A stretch of 64,000 nucleotides of DNA, taken from the NCBI RefSeq assembly GCF_963921235.1, contig NC_086097.1:54810001-54874000 (forward strand), read 5' to 3'. Position 1 is the stretch's first letter; each line of letters opens with the position of its first letter. The translations under genes were made by a program, and so were the position numbers. Source of the stretch: Mobula hypostoma. Its lineage: Eukaryota. Under the pieces are notes generated by a model. The model was not told the origin of the DNA. It worked only from the letters and a program-made list of their open reading frames with translations, and searched no databases. Positions 13,701-21,976 of the stretch are shown here, one piece after another.

Positions 13701-16700
13701 TCCGAATTGCTCCCAGAAGCTCCAGCTATTGCTGTTCTGTAATCATCCCTACTAGTGTCTCCTTCCAATCAACTTTAGGCAGCTCCCCTCTTGTGCCTCT
13801 GTAATTCCCTTTATTCCACAGTGATACTGATACATCTGACTTCAGCTCTTCCCTCTCAAATTGCTGGGTGAATTGTATCATATTTTGACCACTGTTTGCT
13901 AAGTTCCTTAATCACATTTGGTTTATTACACAATACCCAGTCCAGAATTGCTGATCCCCCGGTGGGCTCAACAACAAGCTGCTCCAAAAAGCCATCTCGG
14001 AGGTATGCCACAAATTCTCTCTCCTATGATCCAGCATCAAATTGATTTTCCCAATCCATTTGCATACTGAAATCCCCCATGACTAACATAACATTGCCTC
14101 TTTGACATGCTATTTTTGTCTCCCACTGTAATTTGTAGACCACATTCTAGTTACTATATGGAGGTCTGTAAATAACTCCCTTCAGAGTCTTCGTACTCAT
14201 GCAGTTTCTAAACTCCACCCACAGGAATTCTACCTCACCACTCTCTAAAGCTTTTATCTGATTTTTTACCAGCTGAACCACACCTCCTCTTCTGCCTATC
14301 TGCCTGACCTTTCGAAACTTTAAGCAGCAGTGAAGGAATGTGACATGAAATGCGAGTTTTCAAAATCGCTGGCAAATTTACCCTATGTCATATCAGATCC
14401 TTCAGACTACCAAATCCATGCTGACCATCAAGTACCCATTTAGATTACACCTACTTTATTTTCCCCACATTCCAACCAACTTCATCTATACACAAGGGGC
14501 AATTTAGGAGATCAAGTCAACCAACAGGGCTGTATCTGAGGCAGCAGAGAAAGGATCAGCATGGGTGTGGACCAAGTATGTCCAGAGGGGCAGATAGTCG
14601 GACAGTGTATACATATCTTGCAAACCGTTCAGTAGTTGCATAGACACCTGAAGGGTAGACTATCTGTTGGATAGAAGTGACCAACAACTCTGATAGAGGC
14701 AGATGCCAAGTTTTTAAGCTCACCAGTGGGAGGTGGTGCTTTAGCACTGCTGGCCCACCACCTCGAGGGAGTCTTGATCAGGAGTGGGCTGAAACTCCTG
14801 AAGACAGGTGGCAGATCAACTGATCCCACTGGTGATAGCACAGGACAGTTAACATCTTAGTCCATATGTAGTTTGTAACTCTAGGGACCAATTAACCTTA
14901 CAACTCGAGTGTCTTTGGGATGTGGTAGAAAACTGGACTACCCAGTGGAAACCTACATTGTCACGGACTCCACACCGGAGGTGAGGATTGGACCCAGATT
15001 GTCAGTGCTGTGTGGCAGCAGCTTTACTAGAGCACCAATGCGCGGCTGTTCATTGAAGGGCATATGGCATCTTACCCTCAGTTTTCTTGAAACTGGTGGA
15101 TTTGCACCTCAATTGTTCATTTAGCTGACCATGATGAACTCGGTCAGGAACTTTACGATTGTTCAAGGCCAATTAAATTCTCTGGCATAGAAAGAAAACC
15201 ATTTAAACTGCCTACTCTCATTTTTGCATGTAGTAAATTGTGCTTTCAGGCCCCATTGATATTTAAGTAAAATGTACATATACGTCTATTGATGACAAGA
15301 CCAATATTTTTTGATGATCCTTGATGATTTAGTAGTGAATGGCTAAACTGAACCTTTGCAATCTGTATGGTGGGTAGGGAATCTCACTATGTAAACCCAG
15401 CAGTACTGACAGAACAAGAAATTGGTGGAAGGCCTGCAGATAATTATGTCCGGTAAGATGGCGGTGCATTCGATCGCAGTAGCTTCTAATGGGTCAACCA
15501 AAGGTGTCATTGTCTTTTTTAAAATGTATCTTTTAGGATTGCAAGACCCTGCTGGTCATTAAGAACTTAAAGTTCTGCAGAGGTCTCCCAATCAGCAAGT
15601 TGCTTGTTGGCGGAGAAACTGAAGGAGCTGGGCTTGGTGTGGATCGTGTTGCTGCCTGCGTCAGAGAGACATCGGAGGAGTTTGGTGGGCAAAGGCAGTT
15701 CGCAGTCTGAGTCACCTTTCTCCTGATCGCAAGGCCCTGGTAGACATGGTTAATGTGGAACGCCGCAAGTCTGGTTCACTGATTTAATTGATGGACGGCA
15801 GGGTCGGATGGCGGGGGAGCTGCGTGGCCTTGGTCGTAGTGAGGACTAGGCCCTGTTACTTGTTTCTAGCCGCCCTGAAGAAAGGCGTTGGAGTCAGTGC
15901 GCTCCACCGGAGGCGGCGTGGCACAGCGTCCAAATGGAACTGGTGCTGCCTCCGATGTTCACTCGGCAGAAGACAAGCTGTATTGTGTTTGACTGCAGAC
16001 TGCTGCAACATTCATGGACTCAGGGTCTTAGACTATACTGTTTTGTGTGGCCATATTTTACTGATATCTTATACATGCTTGCTATGTTGTGCTGTGCCTT
16101 GTGCTGTGTATGACTGTTGGTACTACGTTTTGCATCTTGGTCTGGGAGTAACGCCATCTCACTTGATTGTATTCATGTATGGTTAAACGTTAAACGACAT
16201 TTAAACTTAAACTTGAAACTTAATGATGTGCCTTCTGCTCCTTCTAGATGGTAAAACAAAATATCACAGTTTGGAGAGGTGCTATCAATTTATCGTAGTG
16301 AAGTAAAAGGGATGCATTTTGTAGATGGTACATACTACAGCCAGGATGCAATGATAGTGGAGAGAGTGAATTTACACGTTCTAAAATGTTAACACATCTG
16401 TAACTCACCAGCTTTAGCATCTAAAACCGTAAATAAACAGTAATGTGCAAATATTACTGCTAATAACACCATTAGCACAATGCAGCAATATTCAGTCAAA
16501 ACAAACTACTCACTGGAAATAAGCCAAGGACTAGGAGGGTCTTCTCTTTAATTGCATCATTTGCAGTGTTTTTGTTCAAATAGCTCCATAGCTCAATGAA
16601 GATGGCATAATTGACAATTGCCACTACATTAAGTATTACTGTGACAACAACATCACCAGCTGTGAGACCTATTGAGAGAAGAAAAATAAATGTGCTAGAA

Positions 16701-19700
16701 AGGCATGAGTTTTCATATTTAATCAAAATTGGTACAATAATGTATATGTTATTAACTTATATCCAACCACAGAAAATTTAACTAACTAAATAACTTTTCC
16801 ATTAAAATAAAAAATATTTTATTAAAAATTCTCTGAATTGCAATGACTGAATTTTCCTCTCTTTGGAAACTAAGTAGTCACTGGAACATCTTTTGAATGT
16901 ATCAATGATACACATTAATTTCATTCTAAGGTGATAATTTCTAATCAAGAACTATAGTATACTTGGCCAGTTCTGCAAATGCAATTAGGTTTACTGGTAC
17001 CAATAGATTAAAAAATGCAGTTGCTGATAGAGATTTTAAAGGCAACTAGACTTTAGATGTTGGAACCTAGAACAAGAACAGACACTACACTGGAAGAACT
17101 TAATGTCTCTGCAGGTAAAGGATGTAAGCTGGTGTTTCAAGGTGGGATCCTGCATCAGATCTGCGAGGGAACAGAGGAAAATTGCCAGTATGTTGCAGTA
17201 CAAAGAGGCTGCTAAGTGATAGGAGGAAGCAGATGGATAGACAATGATGAGCAGATGGAACCAGTCAAATAGAGGCTGATACATGACTGGTGGAACCAGA
17301 TAAGGAGGTGATAATGGGCAGATGAAACCAAATATGGGGAGCAGATAAGAGAGGTGAACAAAGGGAGAAGAAAACCAGGCAGACAGACAAGAATATGTGA
17401 GATCAGAGTGCCAGGTGACTTGAAATCGGAATATTCAATATTCATACCAATGGGTTGTAAGCTTTCTAAGCAGAATACGAAATGTTGTTCAGTCAATTTG
17501 AGTTTGGTCTCTTCATAGTGGTGGGGAAGGCTGAGGACAGATGTGTCAGTGAAAGGAAAGGAAAGGTACGTTGCATCCAGAGTTTCTCTGATTAGCGGAC
17601 GATTTCCCTCCACGCCTCTCTGACGTAGTGAGGAACCGAGTACAAGGCAAGTTACAGTAGTGGTTTGCCATTGCCTTCTGCCGGGTGAGTTTCCAAAGAG
17701 ATCACCAGCTCGTAACCCAGCACGTGCAGGGGAGCCGGCTGGATTCGAACTTGGAACCTTTTGTCCCGAAGTCTGACGCTGATGCCACTATGCCACCAGC
17801 CGGGTCAGCTGCTGGTGGCGTAGTGGCATCAGCGCTGGACTTCGGAGCAAAGGCTCCCAAGTTCAAATCCAGCCAGCTCCCTTGCATGCTTTCCATTCGT
17901 GCTGGGTTGAGCATCGAGCTAGCAACTCGGCCTCAGAAAAATAAGAAAGCCTGCTAAGAAAATGCCGTCATGACAGCGTCCTAATGACTCCACTCGAAGT
18001 TAAGGGATTTCTTCTTCTTCTCTCAGTGAGAGTTAAAATGACACACAACTAATAGCTTGAGGTGGAACTACAGGAAGACCACAGGTGATATCCAAAAGAG
18101 TCACTTAGTCTACACTTAGTTTCACCAATGTAGAGGAGGCCACATTATGTAGACCAAATATAGTAGAACAGATTGGAAGTGGTGAACCTTGGTCTTACCT
18201 GAAAGGACCGTTCAGGGCTCTGGATGAGGTGAAAGGGAAGGTGAATGGACAAGTGTTACATCTTCTTCATTTACAGGGGGAAAAGCCAAGGATCAAAATG
18301 TTTTGATATACTGATACTGTAGAAAGGAGAGTAGAGGGCTCAGCTAAGCTGCAGCATTAGCTGTAGCCTTGGGGTTGGGACAGAAGGGGTGGGGGGGGTG
18401 GAATGCTACTGGAAAGATTCCTAAATTTTCCTACAAATCTATGGAATGCGTGAGGCCGTCATTACATGGGCAGCTTTTACTGCAGAGGTAGAAGTGATAC
18501 TGTACTGCAGCCTCAATGATCCTGGGACCCACATTCTGTTTTAATCCAAGTTACTGAGCTGTGTAGGTGCTGCCAGGTGTTCTGATTCCCTCCCACGTTT
18601 TGAAGAACTGGCAAATTAATCGGTTACTGTCAGTTACCCCAGACAAGCAGTAAAGCAGAGTTGATGGGGCACTTGAGAAAGAATAATTGGAGAACTGTAG
18701 GGAAATTGAAAGAGTGGGACTGCTGGGATTGGTCTGCTGAAAACCAGCGACACTGAGGACCAGAATAGCTTCAGTGCTTTGCTAAGTGAGGCTGAAGGGT
18801 GCTGCTCTCTGCCTGACACAGGGGATCATCAGTCTCTTGTGCATGAGCTGGCAGCACTCAGTTGGGTCAATCACGGATATCACAGTCTTTCAGAACAACT
18901 CAAATTTGTGCTGAGCTCTTGTTTTAATCAGATAGAAAAACTTGTCCCTGTGCTGTATAACTCAATGACCCTTTACAGCATTTCAGGACTTTGTACACTT
19001 GAACATAATCATAAGAAGTGGTTACAATGCTGGTGGCTTCGTATTTGATGAGACATCAAAATAAGGACTCTTGTATTGGGCATAAGATATTCCATTCTAC
19101 TATTTGAAGAAGCACTAACTATTTTTCCGGCTTTGGAGCTGACATTAATTCTTTCACCAAAACAGATAAATGATTTTTGTGTGATCTTCAGTGCAACCCA
19201 TCAGCTGATTTGATTACACATTAGCAATGATGATGCTTTGGATGGGCTGTGTCAAAGGGGATGTTATATTCAGAACTGAACGTACTTTAATTCATTGGGA
19301 TTGTCAAGGCAACCTCTTCAGACACTATACATTCCAGAATTTATGAAACTGAATTTTTTTAAGTACTTGTTTATTTTTCATGAGACCAAAGTTTACTGCC
19401 CATTTCTAAATGCCTTGGAGATGCATTACTTATACTTTATTGTCGCCAAACAATTGATACTAGAACGTACAATCATCACAGCGATATTTGATTCTGCGCT
19501 TCCCGTTCCCTGGATTACAAATATTAAATATTAAAAATAGTAAAAATTAGTAAATATAAAAAATTAAATTATAAATCATGAATCGAAAATAGAAAAATGG
19601 AAAGTAAGGTAGTGCAAAAAAACCAAGAGGCAGGTCCGGATATTTGGAGGGTATGGCACTATCTGCTTGAACAACTGGTATACGTGCTACTAGAAACTGT

Positions 19701-19870
19701 TGGGTAGAGTTCCAGGATTTAAAATCAGCAAAAATTAAAGTACAGTGACATATTTCCAAATCTGTACAAGTTCTGATACTGAATTGTATTTCATATTTCA
19801 AATTATTAGCTATTGTCCTACCTTTGATTTGATCTTCAGAACTCGGTAAGCTGTGACTGCAGTTTGGCAT
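1664..19870 (-). CDS. slc51a-like: Organic solute transporter subunit alpha-like gene, 7 coding exons, 933 nt, 310 aa (whole-gene span)
   Basis: Exons 19870-19822, 16668-16514, 11129-11056, 10969-10811, 7341-7230, 6053-5798 and 1791-1664 all have GT-AG boundaries and matching phases, with no internal stop. The protein has the OST-alpha hallmark GPCCCCCxCLP, multiple hydrophobic helices and C-terminal HLKILEMFL..SRKYYRK. Confidence 0.92.
2050..2258. repeat. Inverted pair of Penelope terminal-repeat fragments (foldback, MITE-like)
   Basis: Arms of ~85 bp (about 2074-2160 and 2168-2255) are reverse complements and match the 3' end of the Penelope element at 23800-23940. Confidence 0.8.
2545..2742 (+). 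mobile_element. 3' tail fragment of a Rex1/Babar-like LINE or derived non-autonomous element
   Basis: T-rich 3' UTR ending in tandem tail actttgaactttgaa. Family assignment is by resemblance only. Confidence 0.45.
4362..5663 (+). mobile_element. Internally deleted Tigger/pogo-type DNA transposon in the last intron of the OST-alpha-like gene
   Basis: TA duplications at 4360-4361 and 5664-5665. TIRs CAGGTGGCCCCCG / CGGGGGAAACCTG. Transposase relics VTLSVKLDIIKRFDRGE (CENP-B-type HTH) and EVDEDDVEEVLASHDQELIDEELMQLEEER. Confidence 0.88.
5798..6053 (-). CDS. slc51a-like: OST-alpha-like coding exon 6 (VNSTNPIFYIKILL...LQPLILSCLATYNIIPCVTLYSSKDRAS)
   Basis: 256 bp. Acceptor ttctgttgcag, donor gtgagt. 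Lies within ORF-track 5790..6059. Confidence 0.92.
6192..6420 (-). repeat. Non-autonomous retroelement 3' fragment, same family as 58240-59240
   Basis: Shares aaagtatacatctctgaa...ctctgggtagccatgaaac and the cccacacaaaaa..gaacaaaa unit with 58240-59240. Confidence 0.65.
7230..7341 (-). CDS. slc51a-like: OST-alpha-like coding exon 5 (KTYRILRFGILQTLILQPVLQFISAVLWADGKYDSGE)
   Basis: 112 bp. Acceptor ttattttacag, donor gtaatt. Phase 2 in, phase 0 out. Confidence 0.92.
7573..7673 (+). mobile_element. 101-bp solo Penelope terminal-repeat insertion carrying a minimal hammerhead
   Basis: Perfect 12-bp TSD atgaagataagg (7561-7572, 7674-7685). Near-identical to 23801-23903. Confidence 0.9.
7574..7611 (+). 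ncRNA. Minimal type I hammerhead ribozyme (Penelope type)
   Basis: Stem I agtc/gact, CUGACGA at 7579-7585, stem II agg/cct, GAAA at 7599-7602, palindromic ACGU stem III, GUC site at 7604-7606. Confidence 0.75.
8700..9032 (+). mobile_element. CR1 LINE 3' fragment
   Basis: NFFTQRVVRVWNELP-type coding relic and CR1 3' UTR with ctatatga-like tail. Confidence 0.8.
9188..9360 (+). mobile_element. Penelope terminal-repeat fragment with short inverted 5' piece
   Basis: ctgatgaagggtctcggcctgaaac core, inverted ccgagactcttcatca upstream, candidate TSD gttaatg (9181-9187, 9361-9367). Confidence 0.75.
10811..10969 (-). CDS. slc51a-like: OST-alpha-like coding exon 4 (YTSISLFGFFHLAIAYLGGVTEAVDKLQYVEASLNVGPCCCCCVCLPKVKIT)
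   Basis: 159 bp, after an 86-bp intron. Acceptor ttttttttacag, donor gtgtgt. Contains the poly-Cys hallmark. Confidence 0.95.
11056..11129 (-). CDS. slc51a-like: OST-alpha-like coding exon 3 (VTTVAYQLGTFVPRAGTLVDFVAA)
   Basis: 74 bp. Acceptor ttgttttttag, donor gtaagt. The 'G.FVPRA' motif corresponds to OST-alpha GLWIPRS. Confidence 0.92.
11450..14320 (-). mobile_element. Degraded CR1 LINE ORF2 (APE end + RT + 3' UTR)
   Basis: Fragments SPGPDGLHPRVLKEVAEEI..WKIANVT and FSQRVTNLWSS. Tail near 11450. Confidence 0.9.
13095..13315. mobile_element. Foldback Penelope terminal-repeat insertion nested in CR1
   Basis: Inverted arms. 15-bp TSD tgatgcaaaatactt / tgatgcaagatactt (13080-13094, 13316-13330). 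Confidence 0.85.
14508..14885 (+). mobile_element. 3' end of a second, divergent RLE (Hero-like) non-LTR family
   Basis: EIKSTNRAVSEAAEKGSAWVWTKYVQRGR* (14508-14597) aligns with AIRSTTDAAERASRWLWLKR at the C-terminus of the 42306-46214 element. Same 3' UTR fold. Confidence 0.75.
14720..14835 (+). ncRNA. Permuted hammerhead ribozyme, family B, core damaged (CUGA lacking UGA)
   Basis: Closing stem tcaccagtggga/tcccactggtga. ggcccac/gtgggct, ccacct/aggtgg, gggagt-c/gaa-actcct and ttgatc/gatcaa all pair. GUC at 14771-14773, GAAA at 14791-14794. Confidence 0.7.
15449..16221 (+). mobile_element. GC-richer non-autonomous retroelement (aagatggcg head, aaactt-type tandem tail)
   Basis: Starts tccggtaagatggcgg, ends taaacttaaacttgaaactt. 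CpG-containing, no coherent ORF. Confidence 0.5.
16514..16668 (-). CDS. slc51a-like: OST-alpha-like coding exon 2 (GLTAGDVVVTVILNVVAIVNYAIFIELWSYLNKNTANDAIKEKTLLVLGLFP)
   Basis: 155 bp. Acceptor ttctctcaatag, donor gtgagt. Encodes the first TM helix. Confidence 0.92.
17035..18290 (-). mobile_element. Old Penelope-like relic interrupted by a SINE dimer
   Basis: ETKLKLTEQHFVFCLESLQPIGMNIEYSDF matches the GIY-YIG C-terminus of the 22148-23509 ORF. Degenerate terminal repeat near 17040-17165. Confidence 0.75.
17553..18022. mobile_element. Head-to-head dimer of two tRNA-derived SINEs with different tails
   Basis: Inverted ~77-bp heads (about 17724-17800 and 17811-17889) with A box TGGCRTAGTGG and B box GTTCRAATCC. 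Tails are (tttcc)n on minus and (ttc)n on plus. Candidate TSD tcagtga (17546-17552, 18023-18029). Confidence 0.8.
18490..18780 (+). mobile_element. Degraded V-SINE-like element
   Basis: ccaggtgttctgattccctcccac..ttaatcggttactgtcagttacccc core-like sequence. Confidence 0.5.
19822..19870 (-). CDS. slc51a-like: OST-alpha-like coding exon 1 (MPNCSHSLPSSEDQIK)
   Basis: ATG at 19870. Donor AAG|gtagga gives phase 1, which matches exon 2. A further upstream coding exon cannot be excluded. Confidence 0.75.
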
Positions 19871-21976
19871 GATTGTTGTAGGTAAAGCTTCAAATTAATC
19901 ACTAATCAAGGAGTTCAAGTAGGATTAAATATTTTGTTATAGTTCAGGACTGTTCCAAGTTCTTCCCAATAACTAGATTAATTTTTTTTGGATACTTTGT
20001 TGTATTAATTTAGAAATATTCATATCCAAGAGTTTGGTCACAGGAACCTCCTTGTCCAGAATTGCGAAGACTAAATAAAAATTCTGCAGTCAAGAGCAGG
20101 AAATTATCTCTAATAAAATGAGAGACAAATGAACTTTGTCATTTAACTCTTAAGTGATCAGCACATTTTGTGAGCTTTCAAAGTACTGTACTCAAACTTC
20201 TGTACACACAGCATCTGAAACAATGAAATGTATTTACAGTAATCGCTAAATCAATTGCAAAAATTATAAAAATGAAGTTTATTTTATCATGTCTGATAAT
20301 TATTCTACAATTCTACAAAGGGTTAAAAAAAATTATCAGTTAGTGACTGGTACAACCAAGCGAAAGCAAACAGCTTTATCATAAAATTGGAATGTCATAG
20401 GTAAACAATGAGAGGTAATGGAGGAGTTTTTAAAAGGTAATTTGTTAGAAGGGTGATATTTAATAATAATAAATAAGGGTTTTCTACAGAATACTGTATA
20501 TGCATTGGATTGGAATTACTTTAAGCTTGATTTCTTCAGGCTGTTTCCTCCAACTGTTTTGCTGTCTTTCACAGAAAATTTAAAATTATAAGCCATACGG
20601 AAATTCATGTTTAAAAAGCAATCACCGCTGATAATCTGAAAACAAATACATTTAGGTTAAACCAAGATAACACATATAAATGAACAAGGTTTTTTACTTT
20701 GAGAATGAAGAGAGAGAAGACAAGAAAGAAGTTTGGCCAATGGGGAAATTAGGGGAAAGATTAGGGGTAAAAACAGAAGTGAGCAGAGAGAAGGAATGTA
20801 GGAAGAACTGACCAAGAATGGGAAAGAAAAAGGAAGGAGGAAAGAAAGAGGAACAGAGATTTTTGTTTGTGCAAGAGGAGGTGGTTTTATGAGTGACAAG
20901 TTTGCTTTAACAGGGCAGAAACTGGTAAATTCTCCTTCAATGAAAGAATTAGTTCTTTTTTTAACTTGAAGTTGGTACTTGCTTATCATGTTTACTTTTT
21001 CTCTCGCTATGCAAAGTTTCATGGGATTTCCAAGGTTATTTGCTTTGGGCTTTCAATGATAGCACTCACATTTTGCTTGTTATTTCAGAAGGCTGCAGTA
21101 TATTTTAGACTATTATTTCTCTTGGGGATTGTTGGGAGATGCACAACTAACTCGTTCTGACATCAACATTTTGCAACAGCAAGCATAATTGCCTTTAAGC
21201 CAGCTCCTACCTTTGGCTCTATCATTCTTCTTCAGGTTAGAAAAAAACAGAAATTGAGTGCTCTCTTCACTTTCACAGATATATTTATTATTCCAAATAT
21301 GGATGTTGATTTTTTCCCTTTTGATAGCTTTAACATAAGATTGTGCCATATTACATCATGTTTACAAAACCATTGAAACTACTCATTGCTTTTAAATATA
21401 AAATAAACTACAAGTGCTAAGAAATTTCCTGTAAATACTTTTGCAAAATAATCTGTTAAGCAATTTCTGAGAAAACAACTTATCAGGAATTTCTGTTTTA
21501 TTTTCTTAATAACTATAGTAGGTCTTATTAACCAAGTTAAACACCTAAAGCTGTAACTACAGAGCATGAATGTAAATGAGCAGATTCACCTAAGTTTGGA
21601 TTATTGACTTGCCATCAAGACAGCCAACCACCAAAGCAAAAAACAGCATAAAATAAAAGTCTGCCTAGCTATTTTTGTGCCACAGCAAGTGAGGCAGAAG
21701 AAACAAGCTGTACATTTATCATTGTAACGTAGCAATGACCCAGATAGAAAATGGTGGTGTCATCATTCGTAAAGATTTGAAGCATATGGGCAGCATGAAT
21801 TTAGCCTCTTGAAAATGGCTGGGAGAATATTCATGAGTAGTGTTCCCTCTAATTTGTAATGACCAGTGTGTGCAAAAATTAGCACTGTGCAATGTTTTGC
21901 TCAGTGACAACAGCACATGTACAATGAATTTTATATATAGAGAAATTCATTTTAACTGCTAGGAAAACAGCTAGTC

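Larger units (their letters stand above)
14400..15040 (-). mobile_element. Degraded V-SINE-like tRNA-derived SINE, split by a Hero-like fragment
   Basis: ggggcaattta..ccaattaacct..tgtctttgggatgtggtagaaaactgga..cccagtggaaacc resembles the reverse complement of the V-SINE core. Confidence 0.6.

Noticed and set aside
17724..17889. Bona fide tRNA genes
   Set aside because: The heads run into SINE bodies and tails, with no clean acceptor stem or T-run terminator.
20657..21022. 121-aa hydrophobic minus ORF
   Set aside because: Produced by a purine-rich low-complexity tract, with no domain. The same applies to 28067-28369 and the many antisense ORFs within TEs.
21200..21300. Possible 5' UTR exon of the OST-alpha-like gene (minus-strand donor AAG|gtagga near 21210)
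   Set aside because: Only a donor-like match. It cannot be supported without transcript data.
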